64,000 bases of DNA, taken from positions 1 to 64,000 of the forward strand of contig JALUTT010000059.1 of NCBI GenBank assembly GCA_027021705.1, read 5' to 3'. The notes beneath the pieces were generated by a model, which saw only the letters and a list, made by a program, of their open reading frames with translations, was not told where the DNA came from and ran no database searches. Shown in pieces: positions 18,371 through 27,977 of this stretch; the first letter of the stretch is position 1; each line of letters begins with the position of its first letter. The translations under genes and the position numbers were made by a program. Source of the DNA: Anaerolineae bacterium. GTDB taxonomy: Bacteria > Chloroflexota > Anaerolineae > S140-20.

Positions 18371-18723
18371 CCTGGTCGGATGATCATCTATGCGGAGGCG
18401 GGACGAACCGAACCATCAGGAGCCCTTCCCACCTCCGGTCCTCTGCGATCTTCCCTGCTCCCTCCCTGAGCGGACTCGTGGTCCTTAGGGCGTGTTGGCC
18501 GTCTGACGGTGGCAGCCATCGGACCTTCCTCCCCTGCTTCCCACCCACTACGGGATGGACCTCATCCCTTTTTAGCTCGGCGAACCGGCCTACCTCCCTA
18601 TTTGAGCCCCCCGGATAGTACCTCCGATACCATTGACAGGGAGCATCTTTCCTTGTAAACTAGTTCTGGCACGATGTTCTGCCATAGGGGGGATGGACCA
18701 GGGAGAGGACCGGAGGCGGGACC

Positions 18724-20019
18724 GTGGCACAACAGAGCGACAGAATGCGCATCCTGATCGTGGATGACAGCGGCGAGACGCGGGAATACCTGCGCAAGCT
18801 GCTGTACTTCGAGCAAAACCTGGAGCTGGTGGGGGCGGCCGCCGATGGAGAGGAGGGGGTGGAGCTGGCCCGGCAGCTCAAGCCCGACCTGGTGTTGATG
18901 GACATCAACATGCCGGGGATGGATGGCATCACGGCGGCCGACATCATCTCCCGGGAACTGCCCACCACCCGCATCGTGATGATGTCCGTCCAGCGTGAGA
19001 TCGAGTACCTGCGGCGGGCGATGCAGGCCGGTGCCCGGGAGTTCCTCATTAAGCCCTTCTCTTACGACGAGTTGATGAACGTCATCGGCCAGGTGGGCAG
19101 CCTGTCAACGCCGGCCCCGGACGTCGCCGTCCCCACCGCGCCGACCGAAGCCGTCGCCCCTACTCCGGCGGTCGCCCCGGCCGTCGTCACCGCCGTCTTC
19201 AGCCCGCGCGGAGGGGCCGGCTGTAGCACCATTGCCGCGAACCTGGCCGTCGCGGTGGCAGGCCAGCGGCAGGCCAAGGTGGTCCTCCTGGACTTCAACT
19301 TCCGTTTCGGGGCGCTAGATGCGCTGCTGAACCTGCAGCCGACCCGGAGCATCGCTGATCTCATTCACCACCTGGACACCCAGCCGGTGGACATAGACCT
19401 GGTCGAATCGGTTCTGCTGCCCCACCCCACCGGCCTCTACCTCCTGGCCGCTCCCCCCAGCCCGGAGATGGCGGACCTGGTGACCACCGTCCACCTGGAA
19501 AACCTGCTTCACGCGCTTCGGTCCCGCTTCGACTACATCATCGTGGACGTGGGCACGGCGCTGGATGATAACGCGTTGACCGCGTTGGATGCAGCCGACC
19601 GCATCTTCCTGGTGGTCACACCCGACATCCCCGCCATCAAGAACGCCCGCCTCTTCCTGGCCCTCTCCAGCGGGCTGGACTACCCCCCCGAGAAGATCGT
19701 GCTGGTCCTGAACCAGGACAACCCCCGTACCGGCATCACCGCCGCCGCCATCGAGAAACATATCCAGTGGACCTTCGGTGGGGTGATCCCCAGCGATCCC
19801 CGCTCCGCCCTGGGAGCGATCAACCGGGGTGTCCCCCTGATTATGCACAACCCCTCCTCGCCGGCCACCAAGGGTTTCCTCGCGCTGGTGGAGCGGATTC
19901 CCGAAAAAGAGACCGCGCCCTCACCCCCGGTTCCTCCCAGAAGGCGGGCGAGGCGTGCTGCTCCCCCACCCCAGAAGAAGCCCGGTTTCCTGAAGAGCCT
20001 CTTCCGCCGAGGAGGCTGA
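18724..20019 (+). CDS. cpaE: Receiver + MinD/ParA-like protein (CpaE/TadZ family)
   Basis: ILIVDD..DLVLMDINMP receiver; FSPRGGAGCSTIAANLA deviant Walker A; DYIIVD, LVLNQ. Confidence 0.8.
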   Translation: MAQQSDRMRILIVDDSGETREYLRKLLYFEQNLELVGAAADGEEGVELARQLKPDLVLMDINMPGMDGITAADIISRELPTTRIVMMSVQREIEYLRRAMQAGAREFLIKPFSYDELMNVIGQVGSLSTPAPDVAVPTAPTEAVAPTPAVAPAVVTAVFSPRGGAGCSTIAANLAVAVAGQRQAKVVLLDFNFRFGALDALLNLQPTRSIADLIHHLDTQPVDIDLVESVLLPHPTGLYLLAAPPSPEMADLVTTVHLENLLHALRSRFDYIIVDVGTALDDNALTALDAADRIFLVVTPDIPAIKNARLFLALSSGLDYPPEKIVLVLNQDNPRTGITAAAIEKHIQWTFGGVIPSDPRSALGAINRGVPLIMHNPSSPATKGFLALVERIPEKETAPSPPVPPRRRARRAAPPPQKKPGFLKSLFRRGG

Positions 20020-20083
20020 GTCGCCGTGGTGGCAATGTGCAAGCCCCCACTTTCCCGTTCCCAGATGCGGGTGATCGGGAACG

Positions 20084-22654
20084 TCAGGAGGACCAAACGA
20101 TCAGCCCCGGTTCATAGGGGTTGACCAGGTCCTCGTGATGGGGCAACACCCGCAGTGCGTAACCGTGTTGCCCGCTGCTGGTGCAGGAGATCGTTCCGAC
20201 GAAGGTGTACCAACCTTCATCGTCGGATTGAGGCCGATCCGCCTCCAGGGTCAGGGTCGCCGTCTTCCCCTGCACAATCCTCCCCTCCGCGCTGATGGGG
20301 CCGTAGTAGACCTGGACGGAGACATCGTCGGGGGAGAGGCTGCCCAACCGGACCCGGGCTCGAATGGCCAGGCGGTCACCCACCTTCACCTCACGGATCG
20401 CATTGGCGGTGATGTCTTCGACGCGGACCTCCGACCAGTGCTGACGCACGCGGGCCTTCCAACGGGCCAAAGCCCGGGCTCGGGAGAGGTTGTCTTCCAT
20501 CAGCCGGCGGTAGCGACCGGTGGCAGGCTGGTAGAACCGCTCGTTGTATTCCTGGACCATCCGGTTGGTGTTGAAGGTGGGGCAGAGAGCACGCATCGAA
20601 GCCTTCATCCGGGCGATCCAGCCCCGGGGCAGCCCGTCGCTCCCTCGGTTGTAGAAGAGGGGAATCACTTCCTTCTCCAGCAGGTTGTACAGGGCCTGAG
20701 ACTCCACCTGGTCCTGGTAGGCGTAGTCCTGATAGACCTCCCCCCGGCCAATGGCCCAACCGATCTCTGGGCGATAAGCCTCGTCCCACCAGCCATCCAG
20801 GATGCTGATGTTGAGCACCCCGTTGGCCGCTGCCTTCATCCCGCTGGTTCCACAGGCTTCCAGGAAACGACGGGGGGTGTTCAGCCACAGGTCCGCGCCC
20901 TGGACCAGGTAGCGGGCCACGTTCATGTCGTAGTCCTCGAGGAAGACGATGTGATGGCGGAGTCCTTCCTGGCTGGCGTACTGGACCACCTGGCGGATCA
21001 GGGCCTTCCCTTCGTCGTCCCGGGGATGGGCTTTGCCGGCGAAGATGATCTGTACCGGCCTCTCTCTGTCCATCAGGAGGCGCGTCAACCGCTCCAGGTC
21101 CTGAAAGATCAACGTGGCCCGCTTGTAGGCGGCGAAGCGGCGGGCGAAGCCGATGGTCAGGGCCTCCGGTGAGAGGACCTCGCTGGCCAGGGCGATCTCC
21201 GCGGGAGACGCCCCCCGCTGGGCCAACTGAGCCCGCAGGCGGCGACGGGCGAAGGCCACCATCCGCTCTCGACGCCGCTCGTGGGTCCGCCAGAGTTCCT
21301 CGTCAGGAATCTCCGTCACCCCTTCCCACACCGTCTGATCGGCCGGCTCATCCCGCCAGCGCGGCCCCAGATAGCGGTCGTAGAGCTCCGCCATATCCCG
21401 GGAGATCCAGGAGCGGACGTGGATGCCGTTGGTCACCCAGGTGATAGGAATCTCCTCTTCCGGCACGTCCGGCCAGACGTTCCGCCACATCCTGCGGGCG
21501 ATGGTGCTGTGGAGCCGGCTGACGGCGTTGACCTGACCGGAGAGGTGGATGGCCAAGATGGCCATATTGAAAGGAGCCTGCGAGTCCTCTGGTCGGGCCC
21601 GGCCCAAGGCCAGAAAGTCCTCTCGGGAGATCCCCAGGGCGGTGTAGTAGTGGCCCAAGTAGCGATCCACCAGGTCCACGGGAAAGACATCAATCCCGGC
21701 AGGAACGGGGGTGTGGGTGGTGAAGATGTTGCCGGCCATCGCCACCTCACGGGCCTCGGCGAAGGTGAGGCCGTGTTCTTCCATCAGGAGGCGGATGTGC
21801 TCCAGAGCCAGAAAGGCCGAGTGGCCCTCGTTCATATGGAAGACGTAGGGTCGGAACCCCACCGCCCGCAGGGCCCGCAGCCCTCCGATGCCCAACAGCA
21901 TCTCCTGCTGGATCCGTGTCTCGATGTCCCCTCCGTAGAGCTCGTCGGAGATCTCCCGATCCTCGGGGCGGTTCTCGGCGATGTTGGTGTCCAGCAGGAA
22001 GAGGGGGACCCGCCCCACCTGGGCACGCCAGACCTGGACCGTCACCGTGCGCCCGGGAAACTCGAGGGGGATCTTCACCGGCTGACCATCCTCGTGGCGC
22101 TGGAGCAGGAGGGGCATATTGTAGAAGTCGTTGACGGGATAGGACTCCTGCTGCCAGCCATCGGCGCTGAGGTACTGGCGGAAGTAGCCCCGTTGGTAGA
22201 GGATACCAACCCCCACCAAGGGGATCCCCAGATCGCTGGCCGACTTCAGATGATCGCCGGCCAGGATGCCTAGCCCGCCCGAGTAGATGGGAATGCACTC
22301 GGTGAGGCCGAACTCGGCCGAGAAGTAGGCGATGCAGGCAGGCCCTTGGGTGCCATAGCACGCTTCGTACCAGGTCCTGGCCTGCATGTAGTGCAGGAAC
22401 CGCTGGTGCACCCGCTCCAGATGGGCCAAGAAGCCGGGATCCGAAGCGGCCTCCTCCAGACGCTCCTGTCGGATCGTCCCCAGCATCCGCACCGGGTTGT
22501 GACCGGAGCTCTCCCACAGCTCCCGATCCAGCCGCCGGAAGAGGGCGATTGTCTCGTGGTCCCACGACCAGTGCAGGTTGTAGGCCAGCTCCCGCAGGGG
22601 TTGCAACGGCTCTGGAAGCGAGGGAATCACGGTAAAAGTACGGATGGGGCGCAT
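20084..22654 (-). CDS. glgP: Alpha-glucan (glycogen) phosphorylase
   Basis: YFSAEFG, YSGGLGILAGDHLKSASD, HMNEGH, EACGTSGMKAAANG PLP-lysine motif; AGGAGG RBS. Confidence 0.95.
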   Translation of the reverse strand: MRPIRTFTVIPSLPEPLQPLRELAYNLHWSWDHETIALFRRLDRELWESSGHNPVRMLGTIRQERLEEAASDPGFLAHLERVHQRFLHYMQARTWYEACYGTQGPACIAYFSAEFGLTECIPIYSGGLGILAGDHLKSASDLGIPLVGVGILYQRGYFRQYLSADGWQQESYPVNDFYNMPLLLQRHEDGQPVKIPLEFPGRTVTVQVWRAQVGRVPLFLLDTNIAENRPEDREISDELYGGDIETRIQQEMLLGIGGLRALRAVGFRPYVFHMNEGHSAFLALEHIRLLMEEHGLTFAEAREVAMAGNIFTTHTPVPAGIDVFPVDLVDRYLGHYYTALGISREDFLALGRARPEDSQAPFNMAILAIHLSGQVNAVSRLHSTIARRMWRNVWPDVPEEEIPITWVTNGIHVRSWISRDMAELYDRYLGPRWRDEPADQTVWEGVTEIPDEELWRTHERRRERMVAFARRRLRAQLAQRGASPAEIALASEVLSPEALTIGFARRFAAYKRATLIFQDLERLTRLLMDRERPVQIIFAGKAHPRDDEGKALIRQVVQYASQEGLRHHIVFLEDYDMNVARYLVQGADLWLNTPRRFLEACGTSGMKAAANGVLNISILDGWWDEAYRPEIGWAIGRGEVYQDYAYQDQVESQALYNLLEKEVIPLFYNRGSDGLPRGWIARMKASMRALCPTFNTNRMVQEYNERFYQPATGRYRRLMEDNLSRARALARWKARVRQHWSEVRVEDITANAIREVKVGDRLAIRARVRLGSLSPDDVSVQVYYGPISAEGRIVQGKTATLTLEADRPQSDDEGWYTFVGTISCTSSGQHGYALRVLPHHEDLVNPYEPGLIVWSS

Positions 22655-22865
22655 CGCTGGCCTCCTTCTTGCTTGAGAAGCGGTGGGTGAAGGGAAGGGA
22701 TCGCACAGGCAACCTGCCGAGAACGAGGACCTTCTCGGAGGACCGTCTGCAAGGGATTGTACCACAAAGTCGAAGAGGGGCACAATCCCCCCCCTTGGCA
22801 AATCAGACCTGTTTGGTTATAATTGCTCTGCTGCCACGGAGGCCCGCCGAGGAGGTGCTGCAACG

Positions 22866-23330
22866 ATGTATCCGCTTATCTTGACCATCCACTCGTGGGC
22901 GCGTTGGATCGTGCTCGTCTTGGCTGTGGCAACCGTCGGACAAGCGGTCCGGGGATGGGTGGGCCGGAAGGCGTGGACATCTCAGGACCGGCGGTTGGGG
23001 ATGCTCTTCACCATCAGCCTGGACGTTCAGGTGCTCTTGGGATTGATCCTCTACTTCCTCCTGAGTCCTACTACCACACCGGTGCTATCGGATCCCGGCA
23101 GGATGATGTCGGAGGTCCTCCTTCGCTACTGGACCACCGAACACGGCGTGCCGATGATCGCCGCCTTGGTGCTGGCCCACCTGGGGCAGATACTGACCAA
23201 AGGGTCCGAGGGGACGACCCAGAAGCACCGGAGGGCCGCCCTTCTCTTCGGACTGGCCGCTCTGGTCATCTTCCTCGCTATCCCCTGGCCCTTCTACCCC
23301 CATGGTCGCCCGCTCCTGCGGCTGGGCTAG
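22866..23330 (+). CDS. 4-TM membrane protein (cytochrome b-like, conserved His)
   Basis: IHSWARW, DVQVLLG, EHGVPMI, IPWP; GGAGGTG RBS. Confidence 0.7.
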   Translation: MYPLILTIHSWARWIVLVLAVATVGQAVRGWVGRKAWTSQDRRLGMLFTISLDVQVLLGLILYFLLSPTTTPVLSDPGRMMSEVLLRYWTTEHGVPMIAALVLAHLGQILTKGSEGTTQKHRRAALLFGLAALVIFLAIPWPFYPHGRPLLRLG

Positions 23331-23339
23331 CAGATCATT

Positions 23340-23405
23340 ATTCGTGCATTTGTGCCCCGTTCATAGACGGCTGATCTCCCTACCCCCAAGATATGGGTGA
23401 TCACC
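23340..23405 (-). mobile_element. MITE family C fragment
   Basis: Reverse complement matches the left end of the 15860 and 62982 copies (GGTGATCACCCATATCTT...GGGGCACAAATGCACGAAT). Confidence 0.65.
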
Positions 23406-23530
23406 AAGGCCGCCTCAGAGTTGTGCACACCCTCACTTCATGCTACAATAGGATACGGTGGTGATGGTCGGTCGCCACTGCACAATACCGATCGTCCGCA
23501 AAGGGAACACGACGTTTAGGGAGGAACTGG

Positions 23531-24049
23531 GTGACTCAGGAAAAGCCGCCTTCGACGATGCCTGTCTTCAAGGTCGTCGTTGCCGGGGATGGCGGCGTGG
23601 GCAAGACGAGCCTGATCCGCCGTTATTGCACGGGAAAGTTTCAGGAGTCCCGGATTATGACCATCGGCGTGGATTTCCAGATTCAGGTGGTCCACCTCGG
23701 CGATCGCGCCGTGAAGCTCTCTATCTGGGACGTCGCCGGACAGGAACGCTTTGGCTCCTTTCGTGCTTCCTTCTATCGGGGTGCCCGGGCTGTGGCCCTG
23801 GTCTACGACGTCACCGACCCGATCTCCTTGAGAAACCTCCCCCTCTGGCGCGCGGAGATCGCCCAGGTGGCTCCCCAGGCCCAGTTTATGGTGGTGGGCA
23901 ACAAGATAGACCTGGAACGCAAGGTGCCCCGGGAGAAGGTCGAGGCGTGGATCCGCCGGATTGGCCTCCCCTATGTAGAAACCAGTGCGCTGACCGGCGA
24001 GGGTGTCCAAGCCTTCTTCACGACCTTGGCCCGTCTGGCCGCCACCTGA
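23531..24049 (+). CDS. Small Ras-superfamily GTPase, Rab-like
   Basis: G1 GDGGVGKT, TIGVDF, KLSIWDVAGQERF, FYRGA, LVYDVT, G4 NKID, G5 ETSA; GGGAGG RBS. Confidence 0.92.
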   Translation: MTQEKPPSTMPVFKVVVAGDGGVGKTSLIRRYCTGKFQESRIMTIGVDFQIQVVHLGDRAVKLSIWDVAGQERFGSFRASFYRGARAVALVYDVTDPISLRNLPLWRAEIAQVAPQAQFMVVGNKIDLERKVPREKVEAWIRRIGLPYVETSALTGEGVQAFFTTLARLAAT

Positions 24050-24055
24050 GCGACG

Positions 24056-25282
24056 ATGCGCATCCTCTTCCTCACTCCCCAACTTCCTTATCCCCCTCAC
24101 CAGGGGACCGCGTTGCGCAACTACGGGCTCATCGCCGGCCTGGCCCGCCGCCATCAGGTCTCGCTGCTCTCCTTCCAGGAGACATTGGGAGAGACAACTC
24201 GTCCGGCTCGGGAGACCGATCTGACACCGCTCACCACCCTCTGCCAGCGGATGGAGACGGTTCCCGTTCCCCGGCGGACGTCGGGCCAGCGGGTGCTGGC
24301 CCTCTTCCTCTCCCGCCGTCCCGATATGGCCCTGCGGCTGGCCTCCCCCACCTTTGAGGCCCGCTTGATCGCTTGGCTGGCCCGGGAGCCCTTCGACATC
24401 GTGCACATCGAGGGGATCGAGATGGCCCCGTACCTGCCCGTGGTCGCCTCGGCCCGTCCTCGCCCCCTCATCGTCTACGACGATCACAACTGTGAGTACC
24501 TGTTGCAGAAGCGGGCCTTCCTGACCGACCTACGCCACCCCCGCCGTTGGGTGGGGGCGGCCTACTCCTTCGTCCAGTGGCAACGGCTGGCCCGCTTTGA
24601 GGCCGCCGTCTGCCGGGCCGCCGACCGGGTCCTGGCCGTCTCCGAGCCCGACGCGGCGATGCTGCGCCGGCTGGTGCCCGGCCTGGAGCCGACGGTGATC
24701 CCCAACGGCATTGACACCGCCCGCTACCGCGAGAGGGTGGGGGAGCCGGAGGTCAAGATGGGGTCGGCCGCCCTCGTCTTCACGGGCAAGATGGACTTCC
24801 GCCCCAACGTGGATGCCGTCCTCTGGTTCGCCGAGACCGTCCTCCCCCGGGTGCGGGCGCAGGTGCCCGAAGCCCACTTCGTCGTCGTCGGTCAGCGCCC
24901 CCACCGGCGGCTGGCACGGCTGCGGAACCGGCCTGGCATCACGTTGACCGGATGGGTAGCCGACGTGCGGCCCTACATCGCCCGGGCTGCCGTCTACGTC
25001 GCCCCGCTGCGCATCGGCGGGGGCACGCGGCTGAAGCTGTTGGAGGCGATGGCGATGGAGCGGGCCATCGTCGCCACCCGGCTGGGGGCCGAGGGGTTCC
25101 CGGTCACGGCGGGACGCGAGCTCCTCCTGGCCGACCGTCCGGAGGCCTTCGCCCAGGCCGTCGTCGCCCTACTGCGGGACCCGGCCCGTCGGGCGGCGCT
25201 GGGGGCTGCTGCCCGCGCCTTCGTCGTCCGCCACTACGACTGGCAGGTGATCATCCCCCGGTTAGAAGCGGTCTATGGGTAG
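24056..25282 (+). CDS. Glycosyltransferase family 4
   Basis: RILFLTP..PYPP, FTGKMDFRPNVDA, GGGTRLKLLEAMA. Confidence 0.9.
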   Translation: MRILFLTPQLPYPPHQGTALRNYGLIAGLARRHQVSLLSFQETLGETTRPARETDLTPLTTLCQRMETVPVPRRTSGQRVLALFLSRRPDMALRLASPTFEARLIAWLAREPFDIVHIEGIEMAPYLPVVASARPRPLIVYDDHNCEYLLQKRAFLTDLRHPRRWVGAAYSFVQWQRLARFEAAVCRAADRVLAVSEPDAAMLRRLVPGLEPTVIPNGIDTARYRERVGEPEVKMGSAALVFTGKMDFRPNVDAVLWFAETVLPRVRAQVPEAHFVVVGQRPHRRLARLRNRPGITLTGWVADVRPYIARAAVYVAPLRIGGGTRLKLLEAMAMERAIVATRLGAEGFPVTAGRELLLADRPEAFAQAVVALLRDPARRAALGAAARAFVVRHYDWQVIIPRLEAVYG

Positions 25283-26414
25283 CCGTCAGCGCCTGCGTCT
25301 GGGGCTGTTGCGCCTCTTCGCCCGGCTCTCTCGGCGGTGGCAGAGCGGTCGGGAGCGGGCAGCAGCCGCCGACCCCAACGCCATCCTGGTCATCCGGCCC
25401 GACCACCTGGGCGATCTGCTCTTCACGACGCCGGCCCTGCGCTCTCTGCGCCGGCGCTACCCGGAGGCCCGCATCACCGCCCTCGTCGGCCCCTGGGGGG
25501 AGCCGGTCTTGGCCGACCATCCCGATCTGGACGCGGTGTGGACGCTGTCCTTCCCCGGCTTCACCCGCCGTCCCAAGCCCTCGCCCTGGCAGCCTTACCG
25601 GCTGCTGGTCCAAGCGGCCCGTCGCCTGCGCCATCACCGCTTCACGATGGCCCTGGTGCTCCGCTTCGACCACTGGTGGGGAGCGTTGCTGGCCTACCTG
25701 GCCGGCATCCCCCACCGCGTCGGCTACGCCATCCCGGAGGTCGCTCCCTTTCTGACCCAGGCGCTGCCCTACCGACCGGGCCGGCACGAAGTGCTCCAGA
25801 ACCTGACGCTGGTGGGCGCCGATGGGGAGGGGGGCTGGGAGCGGTGGCCCCTGCACTTTCCGGTGCGGGCCGAGGACGCGGCCTGGGCCGAGGCGCAGTT
25901 CGAGGAAGCGCGACCCATCGCCATCCATCCGGGGACGGGCGCGCCGGTGAAGCGCTGGCGGGTGGAGGGTTGGGCTCAGGTGGCCGACGGGCTGGCCCAG
26001 CTCACCGGTGCGCCGATCCTGCTGACGGGGACGGCGAGGGAGCGTCCCCTCTGTGAAGCGATCGCTGCTCAGGCCCAGAGCCGGCCGGCCGCGTTGGCGG
26101 GGGAGACGACGCTGGGGCAGTTGGCCGCCCTCTTCGCCCGCTGCCGGCTGGTGCTAGGGTCGGACAGTGGGCCGCTGCACCTGGCCGTCGCCGTGGGCAC
26201 GCCCACCCTGCACCTCTACGGACCGGTGGACGTGGCGACCTTTGGCCCCTGGGGGCCTCCCGACCGCCATCGGGTCCTGGTCTCGGCCTGGCCCTGCGTT
26301 CCCTGCAACCGGCTGGACTACCCACCGGAGGCGGTGGACCACCACCCGTGCCTGCGCGAGATCGGGCCGGAAGCGGTGTTGAGCACTGCCCGCGAGTTGC
26401 TGCACGGAGGGTGA
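25275..26414 (+). CDS. Glycosyltransferase family 9 (heptosyltransferase-like)
   Basis: ILVIRPDHLGDLL, IHPG, KRW, DSGPLHLAVAVGTP, LYGP. Confidence 0.9.
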   Translation: MGSRQRLRLGLLRLFARLSRRWQSGRERAAAADPNAILVIRPDHLGDLLFTTPALRSLRRRYPEARITALVGPWGEPVLADHPDLDAVWTLSFPGFTRRPKPSPWQPYRLLVQAARRLRHHRFTMALVLRFDHWWGALLAYLAGIPHRVGYAIPEVAPFLTQALPYRPGRHEVLQNLTLVGADGEGGWERWPLHFPVRAEDAAWAEAQFEEARPIAIHPGTGAPVKRWRVEGWAQVADGLAQLTGAPILLTGTARERPLCEAIAAQAQSRPAALAGETTLGQLAALFARCRLVLGSDSGPLHLAVAVGTPTLHLYGPVDVATFGPWGPPDRHRVLVSAWPCVPCNRLDYPPEAVDHHPCLREIGPEAVLSTARELLHGG

Positions 26415-26519
26415 CCCGAGGAAGACGACCGGCCTACGGAGCCGTCGTCTCCCATCTGCTCAATCCGTTTCCCAATCCGCCGACAGCCCTCCGCTCCAAA
26501 AGGGCGGATTGAGCAACTG

Positions 26520-27971
26520 ATGAAAGGAAAGGATATGCCCCAGACCAAGATCGTCTGCACCATCGGGCCGGCCACGGCCCACGAGGAGGGGCTGCGGGGC
26601 CTGATCCAGGCCGGAATGGACGTGGCCCGCATCAACTTCTCCCACGGCGACCCCGAGACCCACACCAGCACCATCCGGGCCATCCGCCGCCTGGCCGCTG
26701 AAGAGGGACGGCTGGTCGCCGTGATGGCCGACCTGCAGGGGCCGAAGCTGCGGGTGGGTGCTCTGCCCCCTGAGGGCATACGGCTCCGGGAGGGCCAGGA
26801 GGTGGTCCTGACGCCCTCCCCCGGTACCCCCGACGAGATTCCCTTGCCCCATCCTGAACTGATCCGCGACCTGGAACCCGGCCAGACGGTGCTCCTGGAC
26901 GATGGGCAGATGGAGTTGATCGTCACCGACAAGACATCCGGCGCCCTCCGCTGCCGGGTAGTCGTGGGTGGGGTGCTCACTTCCCACAAGGGGGTGAACG
27001 TGCCGGGAGCCTCTCTCCGCTTCTCCGCCCTTACCGAGAAGGACCGGCGGGACGTGCAACTGGCCGTCCGGGAGGGGGTGGACTACATCGCCCTCTCCTT
27101 CGTGCGCCGACCGGAGGATGTCCTGGAGCTACGTCGTTTGCTGGAGCAGGCGGAGGCAGAGATCGCCATCATCGCCAAGATCGAGAAGCCGGAGGCACTG
27201 GAGGCCATCCACGAGATCGTTGCCGTGGCCGATGGGGTGATGGTGGCCCGGGGCGACCTGGGTGTGGAAGCGCCGGCCGAGGAGGTGCCCTTCTACCAGA
27301 AGGCGATCATCCGCCTGGCCAACCAGGTGGGCAAGCCGGTCATCACCGCCACCCAGATGCTGCAGTCTATGATCCACAGCCCCCGGCCCACCCGTGCCGA
27401 GGCGTCCGACGTGGCCAACGCCATCCTGGACGGGACCGACGCGGTGATGCTCTCCGGGGAGACAGCGGTGGGGGAGTATCCGCTGGAGGCGACGCGCACG
27501 ATGGCCCGCATTGCTGCCAACGCCGAAGCACACCTACCCCGCCAGCAGATGCGCCAGCCACGGCCCGATGAACCCGGCCAGGAGGCCGTCACCCGTGTCA
27601 CCGATGCCATCAGCCGGGCGACGGTGGAGTTGGCTGTCGAGGTAGGAGCTCGGGCCATCATCACCTCAACCATCTCGGGGACCACCGCCCGGATGGTGGC
27701 CCGCCATCGCCCCTGTCTGCCCATCATCGCTGCCACGCCCAGCCCCATCACCCAGCGTCGGCTCGCCCTCGTCTGGGGGGTGGTCCCTCTGCGCGTGCCC
27801 GACTACCGAAGCACCGACGAGATGCTCTCCCTGACCATCCGGGCTGCCTCTCAGGCCGGGCTCGTGGCCCGGGGGGATACGGTAGTCATCACCGCTGGCA
27901 TCCCCTTCGGCGGGCGGGGGAAGACAAATATGCTCAAGGTCCACGTGGTCGGAGAAGCAGAGGAGGTGTGA
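26520..27971 (+). CDS. pyk: Pyruvate kinase
   Basis: TKIVCTIGPA, ARINFSHG, DLQGPKLR, AKIEKPEA, MVARGDLGVE, ATQML, MLSGETA. Confidence 0.97.
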   Translation: MKGKDMPQTKIVCTIGPATAHEEGLRGLIQAGMDVARINFSHGDPETHTSTIRAIRRLAAEEGRLVAVMADLQGPKLRVGALPPEGIRLREGQEVVLTPSPGTPDEIPLPHPELIRDLEPGQTVLLDDGQMELIVTDKTSGALRCRVVVGGVLTSHKGVNVPGASLRFSALTEKDRRDVQLAVREGVDYIALSFVRRPEDVLELRRLLEQAEAEIAIIAKIEKPEALEAIHEIVAVADGVMVARGDLGVEAPAEEVPFYQKAIIRLANQVGKPVITATQMLQSMIHSPRPTRAEASDVANAILDGTDAVMLSGETAVGEYPLEATRTMARIAANAEAHLPRQQMRQPRPDEPGQEAVTRVTDAISRATVELAVEVGARAIITSTISGTTARMVARHRPCLPIIAATPSPITQRRLALVWGVVPLRVPDYRSTDEMLSLTIRAASQAGLVARGDTVVITAGIPFGGRGKTNMLKVHVVGEAEEV

Positions 27972-27977
27972 GCATCC

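Noticed and set aside
23531..24049. Eukaryotic contamination as the source of the Rab-like gene
   Set aside because: It has a Shine-Dalgarno, no introns, host-like codon usage and tight operon spacing with bacterial genes.
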